A stretch of 64,000 bases of DNA from Felis catus (Eukaryota): the NCBI RefSeq assembly GCF_018350175.1, contig NC_058368.1:188544001-188608000 (forward strand), in the 5' to 3' direction. Both the position numbers and the translations under genes were made by a program. Shown here piece by piece: positions 24,401 through 37,848 of this stretch (position 1 is its first letter; each line of letters opens with the position of its first letter). The notes beneath the pieces are model-generated. The model was not told the DNA's origin. It saw only the letters and a list, made by a program, of their open reading frames with translations, and did not search any database.

Positions 24401-26918
24401 TTTCCACAGCTTTTGTGGGTAATATTTTAGATCTGGTTTTCCATGAATTTGTTTCCTCTATGTCCACATATAGGCCCAGCTTGCCAATGACTTGCTAAAA
24501 TATAACTTACAGAAATAAATGAAATGTTTATAAGCAGTGGGGTTGTTATTAAGTGGGCATATTTCATTCTATACAAGGTCCTTTCTTAATTCAGACATTT
24601 GGGTCTTGGATTTACTATGCAGTAGAATTTGGGGATCAGTCTCGGATATTCTGTATTGAGAGCTTTAGGAACTCAAGATTTCCCTTTTTCTATATGTGAG
24701 GCAGGAATAGTGGTTTTTGAGAGGGAATTTGTACCATTATGCTAATGGCCCTCTTCTGTAATAGAGTTGAATCTCCAGAAGAATTAAGGAGATTTTTTTT
24801 CTTGTTAGTTGTTCATATCTTGATTTCATATCGTGATGCAGGAGTGGTTATTGGTTTACTTAAAATTTTTTTTTCTTTACCCCTTTGAGAGCTGCAATAA
24901 ATGGTAAAAATGGGTACATGTAAAACCAGCAAAACATTAAAAAAGGAGGAAGGCTCTAACTCAGATGAAATGAATATGGACCACAAGTACTAACTTAGTA
25001 ATAGTCCCTACAAAAGCAGTAGTGATTTATATTGGATTCTAGACTATGGAAAAAGTATATTCCATTATAGTATAAAGCCTGTCAGTGATACTGTTATCTT
25101 AGTCCATAATGATTTTCACACGGGACTGGTGTTTTGTGAGAAAAATCCATTGTTCGTGTACTTTGAAATAAACTCCCAACTGAGTTTGACTGTTTATCTG
25201 TTTGACCACCTTAGTAAGTAGTTATGTTCTATATATTTCCTTAAGTCATCTAGATAGCTTAGGCATGTTATACTTTTTATGAAGAATTTCTTTTTTTAAT
25301 CCCCAATAATGGGTATTCTACAACATTTGGCAAACAGAAAAGGAAATAAAAGTCACCTTAGCCTTATTGTTGGAAGGATGTTAATGTGATATTTTGGTAT
25401 TATTTCTTCTCAAGATTTTTTTTTTCTCTCATGAGCTTTGAGAAATTGAAATTCCTGAATGGTGTAATTTGCACTAAATGTTGAGTAGAGTTTTTATTTT
25501 TCAGTGCTTTTTTTCCCCCCATAGGACACAACAGTTAGGTTTTAATTCTGACAATATTTATTTCTTATGTAGGAAAATTATTAAAGTGATCTTATTCATT
25601 GAAAATAATCAGAATTACAATACTTATTAATAAAAATGTTAATTGTGCATTCTTAGGATAACTTTTAAGTAATGGGAATGATTTATGATCATTCAATGAT
25701 TGATATAATGTATCAGTTTTTCAGTGATTGACAAACTTCTATTAATGGTTTGCCAAGTTGAGCTCTTTTTTTTTTTTTTTTTTAAACTATCTGAGCTAGG
25801 AAGCTATGAAAATTAGAGGGTAAAATGGAAATACTGGCAAATATTTAACCATAGCATAGTAATCTGTCACTGTAATTTTCTTCAGAAATAAATGTTTTCA
25901 TTTGTCCTGTAATGTCTGAAATTACTGCCAAAGCTGGAAATGTGTTTAGCTTTCTCAGCAAAATTCTTAAAAGGATATTGTCAGAGCCAACAATCCAGAA
26001 TTATCATTACTTTTAAAATTGTCTTTAACACACTTGTTTGCCTGATTCTCATAATTCCTTGGATTAATTTGCAGCACTATCATACAAAGCAGTGTTGCAC
26101 AGAATTGTCCTTTTAAATAATAGATTGTCCTGGAGATCTTTCATTTCCTTTTTTTTTTTTTTTTTAATTCTATTCGTACTACTCATCAACAGCTGAGCAC
26201 AGACAGGGGCTGCAGACTCCATGTGCCAGCATATCTGTATATCATAGGAAGAATTTGATGTTGCAGTTGTTTCCCACTTTGAAGGCAGATTATGGGAATA
26301 TCAAATGAAGAGTTTAATGATTCAAGGAAATAATATTGTGAACAATGTTTTATTTACCTGTATCGTGAGTTTCTCTGAATTGTATCTACATCATGTAAAT
26401 TCAGTACTTCAATTTTGATTGCAAGTAATATAGAAAAGGATAAGTCTTTGAGATGCTGCAAACTAAATGTGTAGTTAGCAAATTTTTATTGAATAGCTTA
26501 GGCTTTTTTTTTTTTAATCAGTTAAATTTTGCTCTTTTTTAAGACCTACATAAATCTCACTTTTATAAGAGTGAATTTTTCCTTTCAAGTTAATTGGACA
26601 AAAGCTGTAGTATTATTAGGGTGTTTTGTTGCTAGTGCCTAGAGTTGGAGTTAAGCTTTTAAAAATAAAGTTTGAGGCCTTACCACTTATGCAGACTGGG
26701 AAGACCTGTAAGGAAGGGTCAGAAAACGCAATATAAAGATTGCTTCATGAAAGCCTAGAAGTAGTAGCTGTGGCTGAGGAGTTTTATACGTTGTTATGTA
26801 GTGTTTGTATAGATATGGCATCCATTAGATTCCTAAGAGCATATCTAAAAGCTGTTTGAGGTGACTTATTTTTTATATGTTGGATCTCCTGAATTTTAGG
26901 TCTGCTCCAAGAAAAAAC

Positions 26919-27102
26919 ATGGCTGCAAAGGAAAAACTGGAGGCAGTGTTAAATGTGGCCCTGAGGGTGCCAAGCATCATGCTGTTGGATGTCCTGTACA
27001 GATGGGATGTCAGCTCCTTCTTCCAGCAGATCCAAAGAAGTAGCCTCAGTAACAACCCTCTTTTCCAGTATAAGTACTTGGCTCTTAATATGCATTATGT
27101 AG
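26919..27102 (+). CDS. RNF145: RNF145 first coding exon (exon starts at 26900 after acceptor ttttAG; ATG at 26919)
   Basis: aacATGg Kozak context; 184 nt encoding MAAKEKLEAVLNVALRVPSIMLLDVLYRWDVSSFFQQIQRSSLSNNPLFQYKYLALNMHYV(G); donor G|GTAAGT at 27103. Confidence 0.97.
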
Positions 27103-27669
27103 GTAAGTGTCTATATCACCTTTGCTAATCTGTTAGTGAGCATTCTGATTTATATCTTTGTTAAGATGATTTTGAATTTGAGTAAAATGAGGTTTGGTTA
27201 CATTGAAATGACAGCGATACAGTCATTGATGAATGTTTATGAATCTTGTTTGTAATATAATTTGTCTTACCATTGCATATGAATTATTAGGGCTAGAGGA
27301 GAACAGACAGTTTTGGGTTTATTTTACTGGATGACACTAGAAGGCAGAAGAAAACATTTTAGATTTTAATATGATAAAATGTAAATGAGAACAAATTTTC
27401 CAGACATTTGGTCTGTTCTAATTTGTCTATTAAGGGTTTTGTTAGTAACAAAGAAGGGAGGCTTCCTAAATGCAATATTCTTTATTGTTCCAGAACATTA
27501 GTATCAGTGGAACATAAGGCATTTATTTCAGTTAAATGAAATGTTGGAAATGACATTTGTAATATTAAAAATATATATATTCCTTGAAATATAATTGATA
27601 TGATTTGGAGTTAGTGGTTAAAGTAATGTTGAGGTTAAAGAGGTAGAAGTCAAGAAATACAAGCAGGAA

Positions 27670-28017
27670 GGGCACCTGGCTGGCTCAGTCAGTAGCACAT
27701 GCTACTCTTGATCTTGGGGTTGTGAGTTTGAGCCTCATGTTAGGTGCAGAGATTACTTAAAACAAAATCTCAAGGGGTACCTGGCCTGGTTGGCTCACTC
27801 GATTAAGCCTCCGACTTTGGCTCAGGTCATGATCTCACAGTTCATGAATTTGAGCCCCATGTCGGGCTCTGTGCTGACAGCACGGAGCCTGGAACTTGTG
27901 TCCAGTTCTGTATCTCCCTGTCTCTTTGCCCCTCCCTGCTCAAGCTCTGTCTCTCTGTCTCTCTCTCTCAAAAATAAACATTAAAAAAAAAAAAAATTAG
28001 AATCTTAAAATAAGGAA
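27670..28017 (+). mobile_element. Short CAN-SINE with a second SINE (27774-27998) in its tail
   Basis: Outer TSD aagaaataca(a/g)gcaggaa; inner TSD aatct(c/t)aa. Confidence 0.85.
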
Positions 28018-29227
28018 AAGAAATACAGGCAGGAAACAGGTAAAAATTCATCTAGTATGACAGTGATGATCCTTGATTTTTAGATTAATTTTTGGTTTAT
28101 ATGTAATCATAGCAATAATGTTTCATTTGGCATTACTATAACATAACTCAAGATGTGGTTTGATGACAGTGGTTTAATAATATTATTATTAGAGTTGTCC
28201 ATCAAGAAGTATATATTTTATAGAATTGTGAAGGGTTTGTCCTGTCTCAGTGAGATTTATTTTTATCTATGGAAGTACTTTTTGGGTTCCAAAGCTCAGC
28301 CCTGAAAACCCCTTACATCTCTAAGAGATTCCCAAGTAAGCCATTGTGGGAAGAAGTATAGTAGAAAAGGCAGTGCACTAGAAGTAAAACATCTGGGTAC
28401 AATAAATTCATCTCTCTTAGATGGCATTACCTTGGGAAATTCTTTGAAATGAGAATGTTCTTTTATGCTGCAAAGCACTATAATTCTCAGCCCTTTACTA
28501 AAAGCTTTGTATGTTAGCCAATTCATGGAAAATAATTCCAATCTGTTGTAGAAGAACAATCGGGTACTTGGCTTAGATTTTTAGCTTAATCAGCAGAATA
28601 ATTCACACTGTGCTTTAAAAAATGTGCTTATCACATATATTATTTCTGAGTAGATTGAAATATTTATTTTAAAAACAGCTGCCTAATAATCAGAAACATT
28701 AATTTTAGAAGTTGAATGGGTTTTAATACAGTTGAAATTCATACTCTGGCTTATAACTTTGGGAATTCAACTGAGCCTTCTTAAATACACTTATTACATG
28801 CTATGGTAGAATTAACTCAGTGATTAAATGAGTAGATAGTTACAGCTTGAGCAGTTTTTTGGTTAGAGTAACGTCTGGGTCAAAGTATTAAGGAGTGTTT
28901 ATGTAATGTTCTAGTTTATAAACTTTCACCCTTAAATACATCTTTAAAATTCTTTTTAAAAATTAGTAATGTAGTTATACATTTATTATATGTTAAAAAA
29001 ATTAAAACATAGAAAGTGTACAGTGAAAAGTATCATTCTTCTGTTTGCCAACTACTAAGTTATCTTAAGCCCCAGCAAGTAGCTATTTTTATTAACTTGT
29101 GAAAAATTCTAGAGATATTTTTATGTATACATAAGTCAATATAAAGATATATTGGTAAATAAACATAAATAAGTATAAATGTATGTATGTTCTCTTTATA
29201 CAGATGATGGGATAATATACAGTGTTC

Positions 29228-29445
29228 TTTTTTTTTTTTTTTTTTTTTTATTTATTTTTGGGACAGAGAGAGACAGAGCATGAACGGGGGAGGGGCAGAG
29301 AGAGAGGGAGACACAGAATCGGAAACAGGCTCCAGGCTCTGAGCCATCAGCCCAGAGCCTGATGCGGGGCTCGAACTCCCGGACCGCGAGATCATGACCT
29401 GGCTGAAGTCGGACGCTTAACCGACTGCGCCACCCAGGCGCCCCC
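29228..29445 (-). mobile_element. Young SINEC_Fc-type element
   Basis: CpG-rich consensus-like body with long T tract. Confidence 0.95.
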
Positions 29446-29919
29446 ATTGTTCTTTTTTTAAAATTTTTATTTAATTTTTAAATTTATATCCAAGTTAATT
29501 AGCATATAGTGCAACAATGATTTCAGAAGTAGATTTACAGTGTCTTGAACCTGTTGTTTGTTTTAACTTAATGATGTATCACAGAGCCATAACTACTGCT
29601 TTTAGATATTCATGAAATAAAGCTTTGTACTCTGTTTTTATGTTGACACTTCCTGTTCTGCCAAATTTTAAGATTCTGATTAAATGTTAAGGCCTCCTTC
29701 TCCCCCTAGACCTCCTAATTCTGTTTCGTAGTGGTGTAGTATCCTTGTATGGCCATACCACAGAATTGATGCTCTATTGGTGAACACTTTAATTTCGTCT
29801 GCTATTTCATTCAGTGTTGCACTAAATAATTTTATATAGCCATAATTTTGACAGATACAAATATAGCCTTGAGATAAATTGCTAGAAGTGAAGTTGCTGC
29901 GTTAAAGAGTATACATGTC

Positions 29920-30134
29920 GGGGCGCCTGGGTGGCGCAGTCGGTTAAGCGTCCGACTTCAGCCAGGTCACGATCTCACGGTCCGTGAGTTCGAGCCCCGC
30001 GTCGGGCTCTGGGCTGATGGCTCGGAGCCTGGAGCCTATTTCCGATTCTGTGTCTCCCTCTCTCTCTGCCCCTCCCCCGTTCATGCTCTGTCTCTCTCTG
30101 TCCCCCCAAAAAAACAAAAAACAAAAAACGTTGA
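29920..30134 (+). mobile_element. Young SINEC_Fc-type element
   Basis: Perfect 16-bp TSD aaagagtatacatgtc (29904, 30135). Confidence 0.95.
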
Positions 30135-30711
30135 AAAGAGTATACATGTCTTTAATAATGGATCGATACTACTCTCTATGGGGTTTTACAGACAGTGGTT
30201 GAGAGTTCCTACAGTCTTACATCCTTATCAAAAACCGTGTTATCAAATTATTACATTTGGTTATTCCAGTACATGAAAAATGGATGTTTTTTAACATAAG
30301 TTTTAATTTGTATTTCTCTTACTGCGAGTGAGATTGTATTTATTCACATGTTGATGAAAAACGTGTGTTTCCTCTTCTGTGAGTTGTCAGATCATTTCCT
30401 TTGCCCACTTTTCTGTGGGATTTTAGCCTCTCCCCTCCCCCCTTTTTTTTTCTCAAAGGCACAGGCTTCAGCTCTAGCTGAAGGGAGACACAGCACCAAC
30501 AGAGAGTAGTTAGGCTGGCCTTCTCTGGATTTTAGCCTTTTCTTACCAATTTGTGGGAGTTTGGTATACATTAGGGAAATTAACCCTGTATGATGAGTTA
30601 AAATTACTGTTTTCAGTTGTGCTTGTCTTGATTTTGGCTTATGATTTTTTTGACTTGCAGAATTTGTTTTTAATGAGATTGAATTTATTGTTTTTTCTTT
30701 TTTTTTTAAGT

Positions 30712-31851
30712 TTATTTTTTATTGTTTGTATTTTAATTTTTTTTTCAATATATGAAATTTATTGTCAAATTGGTTTCCATACAACACCCAGTGCTCATCC
30801 CAAAAGGTGCCCTCCTCAATACCCATCACCCACCCTCCCCTCCCTCCCACCCCCCATCAACCCTCAGTTTGTTCTCAGTTTTTAAGAGTCTCTTATGCTT
30901 TGGCTTTCTCCTACTCTAACCTCTTTTTTTTTTTTTTTTTTCCTTCCCCTCCCCCATGGGTTTCTGTTAAGTTTCTCAGGATCCACATAAGAGTGAAACC
31001 ATATGGTATCTGTCTTTCTCTGTATGCCTTATTTCACTTAGCATCACACTCTCCAGTTCCATCCATGTTGCTACAAAGAGCCATATTTCATTCTTTCTCA
31101 TTGCCACATAGTACTCCACTGTGTATGTAAACCACAATTTCTTTATCCATTCATCAGTTGATTGACATTTAGGCTCTTTCCGTAGTTTGGCTATTGTTGA
31201 GAGTGCTGCTATAAACATTGGGGTACAAGTGCCCCTATGCATCAGTACTCCTGTATCCCTTGGGTAAATTCCTAGCAGTGCTATTGCTGGGTCATAGGGT
31301 AGGTCTATTTTTAATTTTCTGAGGAACCTCCACACTGTTTTCCAGAGTGGCTGCACCAGTTTTCATTCCCACCAACAGTGAAAGAGGGTTCCCGTTTCTC
31401 CACATCCTCTCCAGCATCTATAGTCTCTTGATTTGTTCATTTTGGCCACTCTGACTGGCGTGAGGTGATGTCTGAGTGTGGTTTTGATTTGTATTTCCCT
31501 GATGAGGAGCGATGTTGAGCATCTTTTCATGTGCCTGTTGGCCATCCGGATGTCTTCTTTAGAGAAGTGTCTATTCATGTTTTCTGCCCATTTCTTCACT
31601 GGGTTATTTGTTTTTCGGGTGTGGAGTTTGGTGAGCTCTTTATAGATTTTGGATACTAGCCCTTTGTCTGATATGTCATTTGCAAATATCTTTTCCCATT
31701 CCGTTGGTTGCCTTTTAGTTTTGTTGGTTGTTTCCTTTGCTGTGCAGAAGCTTTTTATCTTCATAAGGTCCCAGTAGTTTATCTTTGCTTTTAATTCCCT
31801 TGCCTTTGGGGATGTGTCGAGTAAGAGATTGCTACGACTGAGGTCAGAGAG
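30712..31851 (-). mobile_element. Felid L1, 5'-truncated (ORF2 C-terminus and 3'UTR)
   Basis: ORFs 31363..31764 and 30976..31356 give L1 ORF2 C-terminal peptide ([28 protein letters not shown]...YDPAIALLGIYP...); G-rich 3'UTR, AATAAA and A tail. Confidence 0.95.
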
Positions 31852-31863
31852 TTATTTATTTAT

Positions 31864-31899
<36 letters not shown>

Positions 31900-32059
31900 A
31901 ATGAGCTGGGGAGGGGTAGAGATTGAAGGGGACAGAGGATCCGAAGCGAGCTCTGTGCTGACAGCAGAGAGTCCAGTGTGGGGCTTGAACTCGTGAACTG
32001 TGAGATCATGACCTGAGCCGAAGTGGGGCGCTTAACCAACTGAGCCACCCAGACACCCC
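31852..32059 (-). mobile_element. CAN-SINE (tail interrupted by the L1)
   Basis: SINE body; TSD tattgttttttctttt at ~30686 and ~32060. Confidence 0.85.
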
Positions 32060-35000
32060 TATTGTTTTTTCTTTTAGAACTTAGAATTTTGACTCAATTA
32101 GAAAAGGCTTCTCTATCATATTTTACTCCATTATTTTTATTTCATTTTTTACATTTACATCTTTGCTCCACTTAGGATTTATCTGCATGTACAGTGTGTT
32201 GTAGGTGTAATTTTTTCCCCTAGATAACTATCTGGTGGTTTCCATGTATTTATTAAATAGTTCATCTTTTCCTGGCTAATCATTATATACTAAGTTCTCC
32301 CATATATTTGGTTCCATTTCTGATATTTATTCCTGTTTTTTAAGTGTGTGGTCATAATGAATATTTAGACTATATTGTACTGTCTAGACTTAGTCCCTTC
32401 ATTGTTTTTTATTTATCCCTCAGAGTTTTTCTGATATTGTTGGCTATATGAACTTTAGATACTTAGTTTAAGTTAAGATGAAGAGGTAGCTTAAAGATGT
32501 TAACTCTTCTCTATGTATGAACACAGAAAGCCTCCCTATGTTCCAGGTTTCTTTTGAGTCCTGGAGTGTTTTAAAGTTTTTATTATATAGGTCTTGGGCA
32601 TTTATTGTTCAGTTCATTCCCTAGGTATTTTGTCTCTTTTATTGATATTGTGACCCCCCCCCCTTTTATATCCTTTAATTATTATTAAGAGCTTAAACTT
32701 AAAAATCAAGGTAGGGAATGGTAAAGTTCATGTTTATGGAGTATAATTGTACCTTCAAATTGAGAAGCTTTCCAGGGTGGGTTTTGTCTGAGAATAGGAA
32801 AAAGAAGTGATTGTCTAAATATAATTGGAATGCTAATTATAGAACTTTTTTGTGAAGTATAGGTTATAAAAGGGGAAATAGAAGTAATATTGAAAAGTTA
32901 TAGTAGGGGAATTTGTGAAAAGACCTGAATACATATATTAGGTATTCATAATTTGGTAGGTAGTGATAGGTCAGTGAGGAATTTAGAGCAGGTGAACTGC
33001 ACTTAAGAAGATTGACTAGGCAGTGTTCTACAGGCCACTGGATTGGGGAGGGGAGAAACCAAGGGTAAGAAGACCAGTTTGGATTTTAGGCAAGAGGTAA
33101 TGAGAGCCAGAATTAGCCTTGTAAAAGGTGGAAAGCAAAGACTGGCTATGAGAACAATTCCATTGAAATTGCAATCACTAAAATCATTAGTGACCTAAAA
33201 TGTAAAACTCAGGCTTCATTTGTGTTGTCATTCTGCAGACAATCTCATATTTATGGAATTGTTGACTGCTTCCTCTTAACAGTGTTTCTGGATTCTTCTA
33301 ACTTTCTGACCATTCCTTCTGACTCTTTTGCTGTGTTTTTTTCTTTAGACTTCTTAAGTGTTGATATAGCCTAGAATTTGTGTTTAATTTTCATCTTTTG
33401 TTGTTTGTGTGATCTCATATAGTTTTGGCTGCAAATCCCTATCTCCAATTTCCGTTGCTTTTTTGACCACTGTAGTCTGGGGTTAGTGTTCTTTCCTCTG
33501 ATCTCATGGCACCCAGTTCATAACCTCTCCCATAGCACTTACTATGCTGCATTCCAAGGATCCTTAGGCTCATCTATCTTCCTAACTAGATTGTGAGCTC
33601 CTTGAAGGTAGGAATGGGGTTATTCCTAGCGTTTAGCTAGTGTCTGGTACTGAATGGATTTCTAACTATTGTTAGACATGACCACCTAAGTATTCTGTAG
33701 ACCCTTCGGTTTATGGTCATGAACTCATCATCTATACCTCAAACCTCCTCCTTCTCTCGTTTCCTATCTTAATGGTAAAGTTGTGATTATCTTGATTATC
33801 CAAGCTAGAAACATCACAACCATTTTCACTTCCTTGTTCTCCACTCATAGATCACTATTAAGACTTCTTTAAATATGTTTCTCATAGGTGACCCTGCCAA
33901 CTCCATACCAAAGCTGCCGATTTATTCTAGGTCCTCATTTTTCCCCTCACTACTACAATAACCTTTAAATAGCAGAAATCCCTGCATTTTGTTAGGAACA
34001 TTCATTAATGTTATTTTAGGTAGGTCATCATTTTTAAATGCTGCATGTCTTGCATTTTAATTATAAATTATTGTTGGGTTATCTTCATCATCATCAGTTG
34101 AGTTTGTTGTGATAGTTTAGAGTGAATAGTGATGCATATTTGCATGGGCAATAGTTTTGGCTTGTATTTTTCAAATAATTAGATTATATATGTGTTATAA
34201 TTTAGATAAATTATTCATACTGTTCTTGCTTTAGCAGTATTCATAATTGCTTAAGATTCTTGTGTGACATTTTTTGTTATCACTGAGTTATTTTTCCACT
34301 GCAGTGTGAAAAAGGAGGGGGATAATTGGGCCATAGGGTTTTTGTTGTTTTGTTTTTTGTTTTCTTACCTCACTTAAAAGTGTATCTAAAGGATTTGAGA
34401 ACTGTTGGCCCAGTCTAAACTCTTTATTAGTGTATACAAAGCTTTATATTGAAGTGTTAGCTACCAGTTCTATCAGCATCATCTCCCAGTACTTTTTTAT
34501 TTACACCAAATTTTAGTCTAGCCTACAGAGTTTATGGTCTCCTGAAAACATCCTTTTTTTTTTATGGTTTTCATGCCTGCTATTCTCTTTTCCTAAAATG
34601 TTTTTCTTTTTCTTAGCCTGATAAATTCACTGTTCTCAGTCCAGGTCAAGCTTAATCACTTAATAATAGCCCTTCTAATATTTGTATATTACAGCACCAA
34701 TATTGTATCATACTTTTGTCCATGTTTTTTTCACTAGACTATGATTACTTTATTGTTTGGATCTTTCATGTCTAGAAATGCATATGGTTCACACTTTATA
34801 TGTAATAATTGGTTGAGTGGATAATTGAAAGAATGAATAAAATCAATATGTTTAGTCTAGAGGATTTGACAGCTGTTTTATGAGATGTGCACAAAAAGGG
34901 AAAGATAGGAATATCTGGAAAGGAAAATGATAGTTCATTAAAAGAGAACTTATGGAGAGTTTTCATGCAGTAGATTGAATAGAAAATCCTCAGCCACAAA

Positions 35001-36736
35001 CACTAAACATGCTTACTAAATATAATAAACATCCTTTTTAAATACCTCTAAAGTCCTTTGAGATAGAGATTAAAAAAATAAATTGGGGAAATTATTTTAA
35101 GAAATTAAAAGTTAGTAGAAATACTTCTGTCTAGTTTCTGCTGGATTGTTCTTAAAGTTAGGATATGTGGGAAATCTGAATTCTACCTCTTTAGTCCCTA
35201 GCATAGTGCTCCTGTCTCCTTAGCTTTAAGCATGAGAGGTGCATTGGGTACTAAGAAGGGTTATCTGTACCGTAATAAAGACTCGCTAATAAATGGAAAA
35301 TAGTTATGGAAGAGTAGACAAGAACCAGATATTGCAAGACCTAGACTGTCAGACTGAGAAGTTAAGAACTTTTGAAGGTTTTTAAGCAAGAGATTTGTCT
35401 AGATGAAGGTGATGGTTTTGTACTGAAGTGTAGGATCAATGAGGATGGAAAGAGACTGAAAGAAGAATAGCTATTAGTATGCTATTATATTGAGAGTGGA
35501 CTGGGATATGGGGCATAGGGACTGGAAAGGAAGGGTGACATGGGACACTTAACTGGGAAAGACTCAGCAGGACTTGATGATGACGGAAAGATGACTCAGG
35601 TTTGAGTCCCAGTGAATGGGATTTAGGGGAGAAAGAGGGTGAGCCAGCCTGTTGAGGGAGGAGGATGGGTGCTCAGTTTGTACTTATATATGAGAACATT
35701 TAAGTGGATTATATCCCAGGCATTGTGAGATATGATATATCTGCTTAGAATAAGAAATGATTGCTTTTTTTTTTTTTTTTTGGCATATGCAGTAGGTAGG
35801 TTCTCAGTAACTTTGTTGATAACATACATTTAGAATGGTATATTTGAAGCAGCAACATAAATTGCTTGAGCTAAATACTTTGTAGGGGAAAAAGCAGTTT
35901 AGGGACTAAATTTCCTTTGTTCATTTGAGGGGGTAAAAAGCAGCGGGGGAATTTGGAGGTTATAAGGAAATCCATGCCACAGAGCCATGGAGGTGGCCAT
36001 GAGGGTGGTTGCCAGGACAAGGATAAGCAGGGTGTTTTAGGTTTGACAAGTAGGCAGTTGTTGACTTCTGAGTTTTTTTTTTTAGAGTAGAAGGGCAAAG
36101 AAGGTTCATAGAGCATTTGTAGATTGTAGATGATTAAGAGGAAATAATGGAGTGTTAGAGAATGGAGGCATTAGTACAGATAGTTTACAACATTTGTCAG
36201 TGGAATGAGAAAAATAGATAATAGCATGAAGAGAAGTTTCTCAAGATTGGAAGAAGAGCCCTGTATGTCCTTTGAAGAGAAAAGTGAGCACTGGTGTTAG
36301 GGGGATGATTGAAGATGTAGGAGATTAGGAATTAGAAAAATAAGATCTTGAGTCAAGTGGAAGAGGCAGCTTTAGAGAGGGACATTAAGCAGTGTTTCCT
36401 CTGGGACGAGAGGATGAGAGAATTGGTGTAGAACAAGTAAGTTGACATCAAGGAAAGGTAGATAATGAGAGGAGTGCTGTTGTACCTTTGTGTGGTATAC
36501 TTGATTGTAAAGCAGAGAAGGCTACAAAAAAAAGTGAAAAATGCTTTGTTTTCAACTAAAAGTCCATAGTGATTTTTACTGTATTAAACTTACTTTGGTA
36601 TGAAGTAAAAAACCTGAAAGTTGTTGAAACTTAATTGGAAAGTAATTGATTTCAGGTTCTTTTTATTAGTATAATTAATTGGAAGACTAAATTAGAATTA
36701 TATTTTATTTATAATCTCTCTTTATTTCTACTACAG

Positions 36737-36845
36737 GTTATATTTTAAGTGTTGTGCTACTAACCTTGCCCAGACAGCATCTGGTTCAGCTTTACCTGTA
36801 TTTTTTGACTGCCCTGCTCCTCTATGCTGGCCATCAAATCTCCAG
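36737..36845 (+). CDS. RNF145: RNF145 coding exon 2 (109 nt)
   Basis: Acceptor ctacAG, donor AG|GTAAGA. Continues the frame: (G)YILSVVLLTLPRQHLVQLYLYFLTALLLYAGHQIS(R). Confidence 0.96.
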
Positions 36846-37062
36846 GTAAGAATGTGACCTTGTTTTTGAAATGTATGACCAAATATGGTTTTTCATTACC
36901 AATAAAATATTTTTCATGAACACTGTTAATAAACTGAGGCTTTGCTAAGTTCCAGAACAGGGTTTTTAATATTTGTTTTTTAAGTAAATATTATTTTATA
37001 GAAATAATAGCTGGGGTTATGCCTCAAATTTTATTTCTGCGTTTAAAAACAATCTTAATATG

Positions 37063-37281
37063 AGGGTTGCCTGGGTGGCTCAGTCCGTTGAGTGTCTGAC
37101 TTAGGCTCAGGTCACGATCTCATGGTTCATGGGTTCGAGCCCCACGTCGGGCTCTGTGCTGACATCTCAGAGACTGGAGCCTGCCTCAGATTCTGTGTCT
37201 CCCTCTCTCTCTGCCTCTCCCCTGTTCGTGCTTTGTGTCTCTCTCAGAAATAAACAAACATTAAGAAAAGTAAAAAAAAAA
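37063..37281 (+). mobile_element. CAN-SINE
   Basis: Full SINE body and A tail. Confidence 0.9.
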
Positions 37282-37848
37282 TCAATGTGAAATGGACCTT
37301 AAGATTATGTTTACAGAGATACTCATGAGCTTTTCTATATCACCTAAGACAAGAATTTCCAAAGATAGGCTGTAGAATATTTTAACAATTATAGACTTGA
37401 TTATTTTCATCATTTTAGGGAATCAAGTTTATGATGCAGGAGAATCGGCATGAGATGTGACCACCTATATAGTGGATGATTTGTATAAATTATCTGATGA
37501 GGTTCATGGTATAGCTCAGAACTTCTTCATCTTTAGCAATATTGTGTTTGTCTGGGTCTGCTAGTCCTAAATTTTAAGACTCTGGTCTGCCGATGAAAAT
37601 GAACTTCCTACTTTGGAATGGAATGTTAAAATACAAGTGAACCAAAAGCCACACAGTAAATGTAATGGTGGGGGTATAAATAAATTTGGAGGGTATGATT
37701 TCTTTTGTTATGATTGAAATGTATAACCAAAATTAAATATACTCCCAATCCTAAGAAGAGGGACAGTTACTTTGCATATATAGTAAGAAGTAGTTGTCTA
37801 GAAGTCTGAAACGCAGATTTTGGTGTTAGCTTGAAAATTAATCTTAGA

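Noticed and set aside
26877..26918. In-frame ATG upstream of MAAKEK in the ORF track (MLDLLNFR...)
   Set aside because: It lies 5' of the acceptor AG at 26898-26899, so it is intronic.
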